Assembly: GCA_964510655.1 (NCBI GenBank)
Contig: CAZEAY010000001.1
Span: forward strand, 99,302-163,301
Source: an uncultured Candidatus Saccharibacteria bacterium
GTDB lineage: Bacteria; Patescibacteriota; Minisyncoccia; Phycocordibacterales; XYD1-FULL-46-19
Length of the DNA: 64,000 nucleotides
Direction: 5' to 3'
The notes under the pieces were generated by a model. That model had not been told where the DNA came from. It searched no databases and was given only the letters and a program-made list of their open reading frames with translations. A program made the position numbers and the translations under genes. Positions 27,798-38,028 of this stretch are shown one piece after another (position 1 is the first letter of the stretch; the number at the start of each line of letters is the position of its first letter).

Positions 27798-27882
27798 TTT
27801 CAAATTACAAATGTCAAAGGTCAAATGGAATCTAAATGCCAGGCATTCTAATTTGTAATTTTTAATTTGAAATTTGTAATTA
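27798..27882. repeat. heptamer-periodic inverted repeat
   Basis: caaatta caaatgt caaaggt caaatgg ... atttgta attttta atttgaa atttgta att. Confidence 0.6.
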
Positions 27883-27888
27883 TTTTCT

Positions 27889-28866
27889 ATGCCTGCTCCT
27901 AAAAAAATAACTAATAAGCCAACCAAAGAGGTTCTTAAACGTTCGGAAAACCTTAAGACCAAAAAAAGAGTTGGTAAAATAGTTATTTTTCTTGTTATTA
28001 CGGGCATTATTCTCTCCGGCCTTATTTATTTGTTGTATCTGCCGGCCTTGTCTATTCGCTCTATTTTTATTCAGGGCAATGATATTTTAAATACTAAAGA
28101 TATAGAGTCTTCAATCGAAGAAACTTTGGCGGGTAAGTATTTTTATTTTTTTCCTAAAAAGAGCATTTTAATTTATCCAGCAAAAACTATTAGTGAAAAA
28201 TTAGAGCAGCAGTTCCCAAGAATTCTGTCTTTAGAAGTAGGGGTAGGTGATTACGATTCCTTGGTGGTTAATATTAAAGAACGGGATTCTGATGTTATTT
28301 GGTGTAAAGATGATAATTTACCTCACGACGTTTTGGGTCAGACGATAGAAGATGACAGTCTAAGTTCATCTAGCCCGAAACAAATATTTACTGAAAGAGA
28401 AAATCTTTCTTCTCAAAATTGTTATTTCTCCGATAATATGGGTTTTATTTTTGCTCCAGCTCCTTATTTTTCTAATAATGTCTTTTTGGAATTGTCTGGT
28501 TTTTTGGCTGATGAACCTTTGGCTACGAAACCGCTGCCTCTCTCTTCATACACCGTAGTCACTCATTTTGCTAAAAATCTAGCAAAAATATTTGCTAAAA
28601 CAGACTATAATGAATATCGTTTAATTAAAATAGCAATACTTGATAATAACAATTATGAAGCCTTAATCGCTGATACCTCCGATCCTGATAACGGAAGGTG
28701 GAAAATTTTCTTTGATAATGACGACTCAGCGGAAGATTTGACCAGTAATTTGTTTACTATTTTAAATAGTGACCCTTTTAAAAAAGAGATGACTTTGAAA
28801 AAGGGAAAATTAGCTTCCATTGACTTGCGATATGGTAAGAAGGTTTTTTACCGATTTAAAGAATAG
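27889..28866 (+). CDS. FtsQ/DivIB-like POTRA domain protein
   Basis: Basic N-terminus, single TM, 'I.IQGN', 'V.IKER', C-terminal 'IDLRYGKKVFY'. Confidence 0.6.
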   Translation: MPAPKKITNKPTKEVLKRSENLKTKKRVGKIVIFLVITGIILSGLIYLLYLPALSIRSIFIQGNDILNTKDIESSIEETLAGKYFYFFPKKSILIYPAKTISEKLEQQFPRILSLEVGVGDYDSLVVNIKERDSDVIWCKDDNLPHDVLGQTIEDDSLSSSSPKQIFTERENLSSQNCYFSDNMGFIFAPAPYFSNNVFLELSGFLADEPLATKPLPLSSYTVVTHFAKNLAKIFAKTDYNEYRLIKIAILDNNNYEALIADTSDPDNGRWKIFFDNDDSAEDLTSNLFTILNSDPFKKEMTLKKGKLASIDLRYGKKVFYRFKE

Positions 28867-28945
28867 TATTGAACCACTAACCTCAAAGGTTTTTGTTGAC
28901 TTTTTTTGTCTTCTGGTAAAAGTAGATTAGAAAGAGAGGTTTGTC

Positions 28946-29392
28946 ATGTACTACTTTTTGGGGGCCTTATTTTTTCTCTTTATCTGGAAGTATCTGAAGG
29001 TTGGCGCTGGCGTCTCTACTCCGTCACCACAACCTCAACCAGCTAAAAACTATGATCCTTGGAGGAATGGTCATAGTACTTATGCTGTCAAATTTAGGAC
29101 TCAACTTGAGGCTTGGGCTAAGACCTTGGGAACTTCCTATTTCAATTACGATGACCGTGAAGGTTGTCTTAAAATCTTCACCCATAAAGATGGTCTTGTT
29201 GCCAAAGTCAAGGTTACTGGCGAATTTGGTTGCGTAAGTGAGGTTGTTCTGACAGAAATGATTGTTTTGACTGACGAACAGCACAAGGCTTTTTTGGACA
29301 TCTTTGCTCTAGAAGCCCAGCGACATTGCCAAGCTTATCGGGTACTTTTTTACCGAGTATCCTTGATAGATAAATGGGAACGTCCCCGATAA
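28946..29392 (+). CDS. hypothetical protein with N-terminal TM (ORFan cassette)
   Basis: TTGACT promoter-like site, GAGAGG SD, terminator GCCGACC/GGTCGGC+T8 at about 29407-29437. Confidence 0.65.
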   Translation: MYYFLGALFFLFIWKYLKVGAGVSTPSPQPQPAKNYDPWRNGHSTYAVKFRTQLEAWAKTLGTSYFNYDDREGCLKIFTHKDGLVAKVKVTGEFGCVSEVVLTEMIVLTDEQHKAFLDIFALEAQRHCQAYRVLFYRVSLIDKWERPR

Positions 29393-29499
29393 GGGCAAGA
29401 CTCTTCGCCGACCTTAGTCCGAGGTCGGCTTTTTTTTGACTAAATAATTTATCTTGGATTTCCCTACCCATTTTTTATGTCTGTTATATAATAAAGACA

Positions 29500-29892
29500 A
29501 TGAGATTGTTATCAATGCTTGTCCATTATGTATGGTGGCACTATACGACGGCCATTGTTGATTTAGTTCGTAATTATTTCAATTTGGCGGCTTTTTTGCG
29601 AAACTTTTTTTCTTTGAATCATCTGACGAAGAATTTGTTTACCCCCTGGCGGAGATTAGGCGAAGAGTACCCCAACGGTCATTTTGATATTGCGGCTTTT
29701 TTCTCGGCTCTGGTTGTTAATACTCTAATGCGAGTGGTTGGCTTCATTATTCGTCTTGTTATGATTGTTTTTGGTTTGGTCGTGCTTGTTCTTAGTCTGC
29801 TGGCATTTTTTGTGGTTTTAGTTGTCTGGCTATTTATTCCAGCGATTTTGGTGTTTTTGCTAATTTTTAGTTATCGTCTTTTAACAGCATGA
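29500..29892 (+). CDS. membrane protein coupled to the second Clp ATPase
   Basis: 'WWHY', 'LFTPWRR', long hydrophobic hairpin; ATGA overlap with next gene. Confidence 0.75.
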   Translation: MRLLSMLVHYVWWHYTTAIVDLVRNYFNLAAFLRNFFSLNHLTKNLFTPWRRLGEEYPNGHFDIAAFFSALVVNTLMRVVGFIIRLVMIVFGLVVLVLSLLAFFVVLVVWLFIPAILVFLLIFSYRLLTA

Positions 29893-32363
29893 TAAAGTCT
29901 GATATCACTAAAAGTAAAATATATCCTGTCTTGGTTTTAGAGTCTGTCATTTCGGACCGAACTCTTCGTCGGGCGAGTAAATTTTTAGAAACATTGTTTT
30001 TAGGTTTTATCTTAGTTACCTTAGTCTGCTCTCTCATCATTGAGCGATTAAATATCCCCAACGCTCATGAATTAGCCAACTATCTAGAATTGAAATTTTT
30101 AGGCATTCTTGTTTTAAATTTTTCTCTGCTAATTATTGTTTTTCTGATTCGGTCTTATCTCCACTCTTCTTATTATTTTGAAAATATTGTTAATAATCGT
30201 TACCAAAGTAAAGATCTCTATACTTTTACCGTCGGTCGGATTTTATACCAAACGCCAAATGATGATTGGCTGCGTGGTTTCTTAATTTCTGAAGTTGGTC
30301 GAGAAATTATGTCTCGTTGTGGTGTTTCTCTTGATCAAATCAGTGCTTTTCTCAAAGATCGACCAGCTTCTCCATCGTCTCTCAATCTTTCAACCGATAA
30401 AATTCTAAAGTTACGCGACTTTGTTTCTCTGCTGTACACTGAAAATTCGGATTTTAGCCGTTTGCTTTATACAGTTGGCATTGGAGAATCTGACTTATCC
30501 AATATTGTTGATTGGGTGGTAAAGGGGATTGAGGATCGGGAAATGCGTGGTCGTTTTTGGCGTTTAGAAAATTTAGAGCGCTTAGGTTCTTTGGGTAAAA
30601 GTTGGTCATATGGTATTACTCCTAGGTTGGATCTCTATAGTCAGGATTTATTAGAACGACCAGAAGCTCAATTTTCGGCCTATGATGTGTCGTTTCGTGA
30701 TAAGGAAGTTGGTCAATTGGAATCAGTCTTGTCTCGGGCTAGTGAATCCAATGTTCTTTTGATTGGAGAAACCGAACCAGTTCGGATGGATGTTTTATGG
30801 AATTTTGTGCGAAAAATTAAGCAGGGGGCTATTTTACCAAATTTGGAACACAAACGCGTTATTTTGTTTAATACCGCTACGTTTTTGGCTGGTTTTAAGG
30901 AGAGAGCTGATTTTGAAAATGAGTTAATTCGTGTTTTCAATGAGGCCGTTAAGGCTGGGGATGTTGTTTTAGTCTTTAATGATTTTTCGGCTTTTTTGGC
31001 TGGAGCGGAAAGTCTTCATTCCCAAGTTTTTAGTTTATTAGATCAGTATTTTTCTTCTTCCCGGCTTCAGATTATTGCGATGTCTGATACTGATAAGTTT
31101 CATCACTTGTTAGAAACCAGATCGGAAGTTATGGCTCGTTTTGAAAAAGTAATTATTCGAGACCTGACAGCTGATGAAGCCGTTATGACCTTACTGGAGG
31201 GGGTGGATCAGGTGGAAAGACAAACTGGTGTTCATTTTTCTTATCCAGCTCTAAAGCAAATTGTGGCCGGGGCTGATGCTTATCTTGGGGAAGGCTCTTT
31301 AACCGAAAAGGCGAAAGATTTGGTAGTGGAAATAGTACCTTGGGCCCTTAAAAACAATAAACCTCTTATTTTAACTGAGGATGTTTCGGCTTATCTGCAA
31401 AGTAAAACAAATATTCCGATGGGAGCGATTTCTGCCGCCGAAAAAGACATTTTATTGAATTTGGAAGATAATTTACAAAAAAGAATTGTTGGTCAGTTCC
31501 AAGCAGTAAGGGCGATTGTTGGGGCTATGAAAAGAGCTCGTGCCGGAGTTCAAAATCAAAAACGTCCACTCGGTTCTTTCCTTTTCTTGGGTCCCACTGG
31601 TGTTGGCAAAACAGAAACGGCTAAAGCTCTGGCTACTGCTTATTTTGGCGGAGAAGAAAAGTTGATGCGATTAGATATGACTGAATATCAAGAAGCCGAT
31701 GCTTTGGGTAAATTGATTGGTTCCTTTAACGATGAGAAGCCTGGGGTTTTGTCTAATCTTATTCGGCAAAATGTTTTTGGTGTCTTGCTTCTTGATGAGT
31801 TTGAGAAAAGTAGTAAGGACGTTCAGAATCTATTTTTGCAAATTTTAGATGAAGGAGTGTTTTCTGATATGAATGGTAAGCGGGTAAATGCTCGTAATAT
31901 TATTTTCATTGCCACCTCTAATGCTGGCTCGGAAATGATTTGGAATTTAGTGAAGTCTGGCCAGGATCCGGTGGCAGAGCGTGATGCGATTATCAACGAA
32001 ATTGTAAGTACGGGGGTTTATAAGCCGGAACTACTTAACCGCTATGATGAAGTTATTATTTTTAACCCACTGTCGCCAGAGGATTTGCTTAAAATTTCTA
32101 GTTTAATGCTGAAGAAACTGGCCAAACGTCTTGAACAAAAAGGAATCAATTTTATGGTCAATGACTTTTTGTCGGCCAAAGTTAGTCGTGAGGGGGCTAA
32201 TGAAATTTTTGGCGCCCGACCAATGAATCGTTATATCCAAGATAAAATAGAACAAGCGGTGGCTGACAAGATTATTTCTGGCGAACTAAAACCTGGTAAT
32301 ACTGTTGAATTCAAGGCCCCAGTCGGTGATAATGGTGGAGAATTTTCCATCGTGATATCTTAA
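29889..32363 (+). CDS. membrane-anchored ClpA/ClpB-like AAA+ ATPase with degenerate first ATPase module
   Basis: Two N-terminal TM helices; D1 Walker A reads GETEPVRMD; D2 [16 protein letters not shown] and GARPM intact. Confidence 0.85.
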   Translation: MIKSDITKSKIYPVLVLESVISDRTLRRASKFLETLFLGFILVTLVCSLIIERLNIPNAHELANYLELKFLGILVLNFSLLIIVFLIRSYLHSSYYFENIVNNRYQSKDLYTFTVGRILYQTPNDDWLRGFLISEVGREIMSRCGVSLDQISAFLKDRPASPSSLNLSTDKILKLRDFVSLLYTENSDFSRLLYTVGIGESDLSNIVDWVVKGIEDREMRGRFWRLENLERLGSLGKSWSYGITPRLDLYSQDLLERPEAQFSAYDVSFRDKEVGQLESVLSRASESNVLLIGETEPVRMDVLWNFVRKIKQGAILPNLEHKRVILFNTATFLAGFKERADFENELIRVFNEAVKAGDVVLVFNDFSAFLAGAESLHSQVFSLLDQYFSSSRLQIIAMSDTDKFHHLLETRSEVMARFEKVIIRDLTADEAVMTLLEGVDQVERQTGVHFSYPALKQIVAGADAYLGEGSLTEKAKDLVVEIVPWALKNNKPLILTEDVSAYLQSKTNIPMGAISAAEKDILLNLEDNLQKRIVGQFQAVRAIVGAMKRARAGVQNQKRPLGSFLFLGPTGVGKTETAKALATAYFGGEEKLMRLDMTEYQEADALGKLIGSFNDEKPGVLSNLIRQNVFGVLLLDEFEKSSKDVQNLFLQILDEGVFSDMNGKRVNARNIIFIATSNAGSEMIWNLVKSGQDPVAERDAIINEIVSTGVYKPELLNRYDEVIIFNPLSPEDLLKISSLMLKKLAKRLEQKGINFMVNDFLSAKVSREGANEIFGARPMNRYIQDKIEQAVADKIISGELKPGNTVEFKAPVGDNGGEFSIVIS

Positions 32364-32370
32364 AGAAAAT

Positions 32371-34722
32371 ATGCTAAAACGTCACTCCAACTTAAGTATT
32401 ATTGCTCATACTTTGTGCGCTCTTCTTTTTGGTGTTGGGGTAGCTTATCTATCTTGGGGTGGAATTAGTACGGTTCTCTATAAGGGGACAAATGCAACTT
32501 CTAGTTTGGTTAAAAATATTACTACCAGTGTTATCTCTCAGGTTGCCAGTCTTGGGGTGGTAACCTATGAAAATAAAACTACGGAAGCTTCTACTATTTC
32601 AAATTCTGTCTTAGAAACTAAACCACCGGTTTATATTAAAGATGATAAAATAGAAATTCCGACTGAGGGAAAGTTTTTAACAGCAGACTTGTCTGCTATG
32701 GTCATTACTTTATATGAAAATGGGCGACAAATAGCTTCTTTGCCAATTAGTACGATTGGCCGTGGTGGTTCGGCTTGGGAAACTCCTCGTGGTCGTTATC
32801 AAATTGAGACTAAAGAGCGTACTCATTTTTCTTCCATTGGCAAAGTTTATATGCCATTTTCTATGCAGTTCAATGGAAATTACTTTATTCATGGTTGGAC
32901 TTATTATCCCGATGGTACTCCTGTCTCCGCCGAATTTTCTGGTGGTTGTATTAAGTTAAAAACGGCCGATGCCGAAAAGATTTATAATTTTGTATCAATT
33001 GGGACACCAGTTTATGTTTTTAATAGTTTGAAAAACAATGAGACTGATAGCGCTCGCTATTTACCAAAAACAGCAATAAGGTTACCAGACGTTTCCGCCA
33101 AATCATTTTTGATTGCTGACGTTGATAGTGGAGAAATTTTGGCGGAAAAAAACCGCGAGGCTGTTTTGCCGGCGCGCCAAGTATCGCAACTCTTGTCTTC
33201 CTTGGTTACCCTCGATGCTATTCATTTTTTTAATGAGACCAGAGTTAAACCTGGTCAGATAACAGAATTTGGTTCAGCTACTTTGCTCTTGCCGGGGGAG
33301 AAGATTGTGGTCAAAGATCTGTTATATCCAATGTTGTTTGGAGACAATGGGGTGGCTGCCACTTCTTTAGCTACCGTAATGGGTAATAACACTTTTGTAA
33401 CCAAAATGAATAAACGGGCGGAGTCTATTGGTCTTACTCAATCCGTTTTTACTGATCCGGCTGGATTAGACTTAGGTAACTTATCGTCGGCGACCGATTT
33501 GTTTAAACTAACCAGACATATTTATATTTTCAAAAATTATCTGTGGGGAATTACTCGTGAATTAGAAAAAACTTCTGGTCGCCATGTTTGGCATAACCAG
33601 AATGGTTTAAGTAATTTACCAGGCTTTTTGGGTGGTTTTCGTGGACAAACTGTCTCCGGAGAGGCGGCGGCGGTAGGATTATTTTCTGTTCCAATTGACA
33701 GTAAATCTTCTCGGGTGGTGGCGGTTACTCTTCTAGACAGCGCTGATGCTATTGGGGACTTAGCACGTCTGTCGGAGTATGCTCGATCTGGTTTTGTTTT
33801 TACTGAAATAGCAAAAGCCAAGACAAAAGATTCTGTTATCCCACCTATTCCAACTACTGTCTCAGCGAGCACCACTCTCACTACCCTGGTTTTTGTTGGT
33901 GACATTATGTTGGACCGTGGGGTAAAAAAATCTATTATTTCCAGTGGTGGAAATTTTAGTTATCCTTTTGCTAATTTGGACAAGGTAAAAAATAGCGATA
34001 TTTTGTTTGGTAATTTGGAAGGACCGGTTTCTGATAAAGGGCGAAATGTTGGAAGTATTTATTCTTTTAGAATGGACCCTAAAGTTGTTTCGGTCTTACA
34101 AGATCAAGGGTTTGATGTTTTGTCTGTTGCCAATAATCATATTGGGGATTGGACCAGGCTAGCCTTTACCGATACTTTGGCAAATTTTTCTGACACAAAG
34201 GTAATGATCACTGGTGGCGGCTTAACTAAGTCGCTAGCTACCGAACCAAAAATTATTGAAAAAAATGGTGTTAAGTTTGGCTACCTAGGATTTTCTGATG
34301 TTGGACCAAAAGGTCTTGAAGCTGGGACTACTACTCCAGGAATTTTGCTGGCGGGGGATCCAACTGCTCCAGAGGTTATTAAAGCGGCCGCCGACCAATG
34401 TGACGTTTTGATTGTCGCTTATCATTTTGGCAATGAGTATGAAAAGAAGTCGAACTGGCGCCAAAGAGAATTAGCTCATATGGCGATTGATAACGGTGCT
34501 CGAGTGGTGGTGGGGACTCATCCTCATGTTGCTCAAGAGACAGAAAATTATCGTGGAGGAGTAATTATGTACAGCTTGGGTAATTTTATTTTTGATCAAT
34601 ATTTTTCCGCCGACACTATGTCTGGTCTAGCTGTGAAAATAACTTTTGATGGTAAAAATATTTCTAAAATAGAAGAGTTTAAAACTTCTTTGGATAAAAA
34701 CTATCGGGTGAGCGTGGAGTAA
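32371..34722 (+). CDS. fusion: L,D-transpeptidase (YkuD) + D,D-carboxypeptidase-like (S11, degenerate) + CapA metallophosphatase
   Basis: TPRGRY..HGW..SGGCIKL; 'SAKSFLIADVDSGEIL' S11-like; VGDIMLDR, GNLE, ANNH, GTHPHV, YSLGNFIFD. Confidence 0.8.
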   Translation: MLKRHSNLSIIAHTLCALLFGVGVAYLSWGGISTVLYKGTNATSSLVKNITTSVISQVASLGVVTYENKTTEASTISNSVLETKPPVYIKDDKIEIPTEGKFLTADLSAMVITLYENGRQIASLPISTIGRGGSAWETPRGRYQIETKERTHFSSIGKVYMPFSMQFNGNYFIHGWTYYPDGTPVSAEFSGGCIKLKTADAEKIYNFVSIGTPVYVFNSLKNNETDSARYLPKTAIRLPDVSAKSFLIADVDSGEILAEKNREAVLPARQVSQLLSSLVTLDAIHFFNETRVKPGQITEFGSATLLLPGEKIVVKDLLYPMLFGDNGVAATSLATVMGNNTFVTKMNKRAESIGLTQSVFTDPAGLDLGNLSSATDLFKLTRHIYIFKNYLWGITRELEKTSGRHVWHNQNGLSNLPGFLGGFRGQTVSGEAAAVGLFSVPIDSKSSRVVAVTLLDSADAIGDLARLSEYARSGFVFTEIAKAKTKDSVIPPIPTTVSASTTLTTLVFVGDIMLDRGVKKSIISSGGNFSYPFANLDKVKNSDILFGNLEGPVSDKGRNVGSIYSFRMDPKVVSVLQDQGFDVLSVANNHIGDWTRLAFTDTLANFSDTKVMITGGGLTKSLATEPKIIEKNGVKFGYLGFSDVGPKGLEAGTTTPGILLAGDPTAPEVIKAAADQCDVLIVAYHFGNEYEKKSNWRQRELAHMAIDNGARVVVGTHPHVAQETENYRGGVIMYSLGNFIFDQYFSADTMSGLAVKITFDGKNISKIEEFKTSLDKNYRVSVE

Positions 34723-34739
34723 TTAATCTAGATTATTCA

Positions 34740-35165
34740 ATGAATATGGAGAATTTGAAAATGTCTGAAGAGAAAAAAGAATGGTCATCCTCAGAAGTCG
34801 ATCAATTTTATAGTGATCTTTTGGAACAAGCATTGGTATCTATTCCAGAGTCTGGCGCTGTAATGGTTCTTGGACCGATGTTTATAATTAGAGATCCTGA
34901 AGAAAACTTTTCATTATTTGAAGAAGCTCAGATGAAACTCAAGGAAGAAGGGATAGAAATTTTTAATCAGTTACCTTTAACAGATTATCGACTAAAAGAT
35001 GCACCATTTAAATATGATAGAAAATTTGAATTGTTCTACAAGCCACTTATCCAATCTGGCAAGATAACGGCATGCTACTTACTTCCTGATTGGGAAAAAT
35101 CAGAGGGGACAAGGGCAGAAATTGAATACGCTAAAGAGGTGGGTATACCAATTCATAAACTTTAA
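34740..35165 (+). CDS. DUF4406/nucleoside deoxyribosyltransferase-like protein
   Basis: 'GPM', 'YLLPDWEKSEGTRAEIEYAKEVGIPI'. Confidence 0.6.
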   Translation: MNMENLKMSEEKKEWSSSEVDQFYSDLLEQALVSIPESGAVMVLGPMFIIRDPEENFSLFEEAQMKLKEEGIEIFNQLPLTDYRLKDAPFKYDRKFELFYKPLIQSGKITACYLLPDWEKSEGTRAEIEYAKEVGIPIHKL

Positions 35166-35294
35166 TTAGTAATCCTGTAAATAAGGGTTATTTCAATTTT
35201 TGAGATTGGATTTTATCTAATTGACTTATTTATAATAGTGTGATATACTGAGATAAGTCGTTTGGTATTGAAAATCTACCAGAAAGGGGCTTAA

Positions 35295-35813
35295 ATGCTT
35301 CTTTTTCTACAAATCGCCGTTTCAGTACTTTTCTTCCTGCAAAAGGTGGGGGTACTGGCAGGACTTCGTCTCGGGTGGTTGTTGGGGATGGTGGCGGCCA
35401 TCCTCGGTGTTGGGTACTTCTTCGGTGCTAGTATGTATGTTTTTACTGCACTTGAGGTTGGTCTGACTATTCTAATGGGACAGGCTTGGTATTTTAGAGA
35501 AAAGAAGAACGAGAAGATTGAAAATGGGATACGGATTGTCACAATCGTAACCATGTTTATTCTCACTCTTTTCTCCTGCGCTGGTCGCCTGACTGTTTTT
35601 GAGCTACTGAGCTCTGTTGGGCTGCTTGGAGGAACCTATCTCCTGTCACATCAAAAACCAATGGCTGGTTGGCTGATCTCACTCGTTGCCCATTCCTTCG
35701 GGGCATATGTGGGATATGGCCATGGTCAGATGTTTTTTGCCGACATGCAGGTCGCCTCTCTTCTCGTCTCTTTGGTCGGAGTGATCAAAGAGCACCCCCG
35801 CTTCAGACGATGA
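35295..35813 (+). CDS. multi-pass membrane protein, PnuC-like repeat (ORFan cassette)
   Basis: Two-fold internal repeat of 3 TM with 'GWL'; promoter TTGACT(35221)-17-TATACT, AAAGGGG SD, terminator overlapping stop. Confidence 0.6.
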   Translation: MLLFLQIAVSVLFFLQKVGVLAGLRLGWLLGMVAAILGVGYFFGASMYVFTALEVGLTILMGQAWYFREKKNEKIENGIRIVTIVTMFILTLFSCAGRLTVFELLSSVGLLGGTYLLSHQKPMAGWLISLVAHSFGAYVGYGHGQMFFADMQVASLLVSLVGVIKEHPRFRR

Positions 35814-35880
35814 GGCGGGTTTTTCTTTTCTTATTCTTTATTTTTTTGCCTTTTTCTTTGGTAATTGTTATCCTTCCTCT

Positions 35881-36885
35881 ATGTCCAATTTTTGGCAAAA
35901 ACTTAAAAAGCCGATTTTTACATTGGCACCGATGTATGATGTAACCGACAGTGCTTTTCGGCAGATCATCGCTAAATACGGAAAGCTCGACCGAAGTGCT
36001 GGAAGAGGCGGTCCGGATGTTTTTTTTACGGAATTTGTCTCGGTGGATGGACTCTGCTCAGAAAAAGGGCGAGAGAAACTTTTGCGTGAACTTTATTTTA
36101 CTGAAAACGAACGACCAATTGTGGCCCAGGTGTTTGGTTCAAAACCAGAAAATTTTAAAACTGTTGCTAAGTTGGTCAGAGAGCTTGGCTTTGATGGAAT
36201 GGATATAAATATGGGTTGTCCAGATCGAGCTGTAATGAAACAGGGAGCTGGAGCGTCATTAATTAAAACCCCAACCCTGGCTCAAGAAATAATTGCTGCG
36301 GCTAAAGAAGGGGCGGGCGATATGCCGGTTTCGGTAAAAAGCCGGATTGGTTATAATCAGATCCAAATTGAAGACTGGGCCAAAAATTTGATTGAAGCCA
36401 AACCAGCTGCTATTACTTTTCACCTACGAACAATGAAGGAACTTTCTCTGGTTCCCGCTCATTGGGATCAAATTCGTATTCCTGTAGAGCTTGCTAAGGG
36501 GACCGATATTTTGATTATGGGTAATGGGGATGTGAAAGATCTCGATGATGCTCAGTCGAAAATAGAAGAATATGGTGCGGACGGAGCGATGCTTGGTCGG
36601 GCGATTTTTGGTAACCCCTGGCTCTTTAGTGGAAAGAAAGATATTCCACTTGAAGAAAAACTTCGTGTTCTTTTGGAACACACTCAATTGTTTGAAAAAT
36701 TATATTGCCCAGGTAAGATAAACAATAAACTTTTTAAGGGTCATACCAAAAATTTTGCCGTAATGAAAAAACATTTTAAAGCCTATGTTAAGGGGTTCGA
36801 TGGCGCTCTCGATTTACGGGTAAAGCTAATGGAGACAAAAAATGCCGCTGAGGTTGAGCAGATAATTAAAGACTTTTTAGGCTAA
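35881..36885 (+). CDS. dus: tRNA-dihydrouridine synthase
   Basis: LAPM, FTEFVS, DINMGCP, SVKSRIG, GNGD, MLGRA. Confidence 0.93.
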   Translation: MSNFWQKLKKPIFTLAPMYDVTDSAFRQIIAKYGKLDRSAGRGGPDVFFTEFVSVDGLCSEKGREKLLRELYFTENERPIVAQVFGSKPENFKTVAKLVRELGFDGMDINMGCPDRAVMKQGAGASLIKTPTLAQEIIAAAKEGAGDMPVSVKSRIGYNQIQIEDWAKNLIEAKPAAITFHLRTMKELSLVPAHWDQIRIPVELAKGTDILIMGNGDVKDLDDAQSKIEEYGADGAMLGRAIFGNPWLFSGKKDIPLEEKLRVLLEHTQLFEKLYCPGKINNKLFKGHTKNFAVMKKHFKAYVKGFDGALDLRVKLMETKNAAEVEQIIKDFLG

Positions 36886-36909
36886 ATATTTTTTGCTATA
36901 CTAGAGCCA

Positions 36910-37950
36910 ATGACAGACCTTTCTCTCTATCGTAAATATCGGCCTGGGAAATGGGCGGAAGTAATTGGTCAAGATCATATTGTCTCCGTTTTAGAGGGGG
37001 CGATTAAGATGGGCAATATTGCTCATGCTTATCTTTTTTGTGGGACACGGGGGACTGGTAAAACCAGTGTGGCGCGTATTTTTGCTCAAGCGATTGGTAC
37101 GACCGCTAACGATACTAGTGAGATCGATGCCGCTTCTAATACTGGTGTGGATGATGTTCGAGAATTAAGGGAAGCTACTCGCTCTCTCCCGTTTGAATCC
37201 AAATACAAGGTCTATATTATCGATGAGGTCCATATGTTATCTAAGGCTGCTTTTAATGCCTTACTTAAGACGCTGGAAGAACCGCCACAACATGTTATTT
37301 TTATTTTAGCCACCACTGAGCTTAATAAGTTGCCAGAAACTATCGTTTCTCGTTGTCAGACTTTTGTCTTTAAGAAACCAACGATTGAAACTCTGAAGAA
37401 AGTGGTGGAAAAAACCGCCAAGAAAGAAGGTTTTACTATTGACGATGGATCAGCAAATCTAGTTGCGATGCTGGGCGATGGATCGTTCCGCGATACATTG
37501 GGTATTTTGCAGAAAGTTTTTAGCTCTTCGGTTGACAAAAAAATCACCGCCGAAGAAGTGGGGATGATTACTGGTGCCCCAGATAGTCAGCATGTTTTTG
37601 ATTTTATTACCGCTTTGTTATATAAAAAAGTAGACTTAGCTTTGACGGTGGTGGAAAAGGTGGTTGGGGAAAATAAAGATATTAAATTTTTCTTAAAAAT
37701 GATTTTGGCTGATCTTCGTTTGGCTATGCTCTTACGTTTTGCTCCAGATTTAAAGATTTCTATTAAAGAAGAAGTTGGTGAAGATGAATTTAAAAAGATA
37801 GATGAATTATCTCGTCATGAACAGGCGGAGTATTTACCTGCTTTACTGAAAGAACTTCTTCTTACTTATGATGAAGTCGGAAAGACTTATTTGCCACATC
37901 TACCACTAGAACTAGCGGCGGTTAAAATTTCTCAAATGATTAAATCTTAA
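36910..37950 (+). CDS. dnaX: DNA polymerase III gamma/tau
   Basis: LYRKYRP, GTRGTGKTS, EIDAAS, IDEVHML, SRC. Confidence 0.96.
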   Translation: MTDLSLYRKYRPGKWAEVIGQDHIVSVLEGAIKMGNIAHAYLFCGTRGTGKTSVARIFAQAIGTTANDTSEIDAASNTGVDDVRELREATRSLPFESKYKVYIIDEVHMLSKAAFNALLKTLEEPPQHVIFILATTELNKLPETIVSRCQTFVFKKPTIETLKKVVEKTAKKEGFTIDDGSANLVAMLGDGSFRDTLGILQKVFSSSVDKKITAEEVGMITGAPDSQHVFDFITALLYKKVDLALTVVEKVVGENKDIKFFLKMILADLRLAMLLRFAPDLKISIKEEVGEDEFKKIDELSRHEQAEYLPALLKELLLTYDEVGKTYLPHLPLELAAVKISQMIKS

Positions 37951-38028
37951 TTTTTTCTGTTTTATCGTCATCTATTTTAAAACCGATAAATAATATCGGT
38001 TTTTTGAAAAACGGGGTATTGTGCTAGG

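Noticed and set aside
35985-36015. Possible in-frame palindrome in dus (LDRSAGRGG)
   Set aside because: Pairing is weak (GACCG/CGGTC only) and a short variable loop here is plausible without an insertion.
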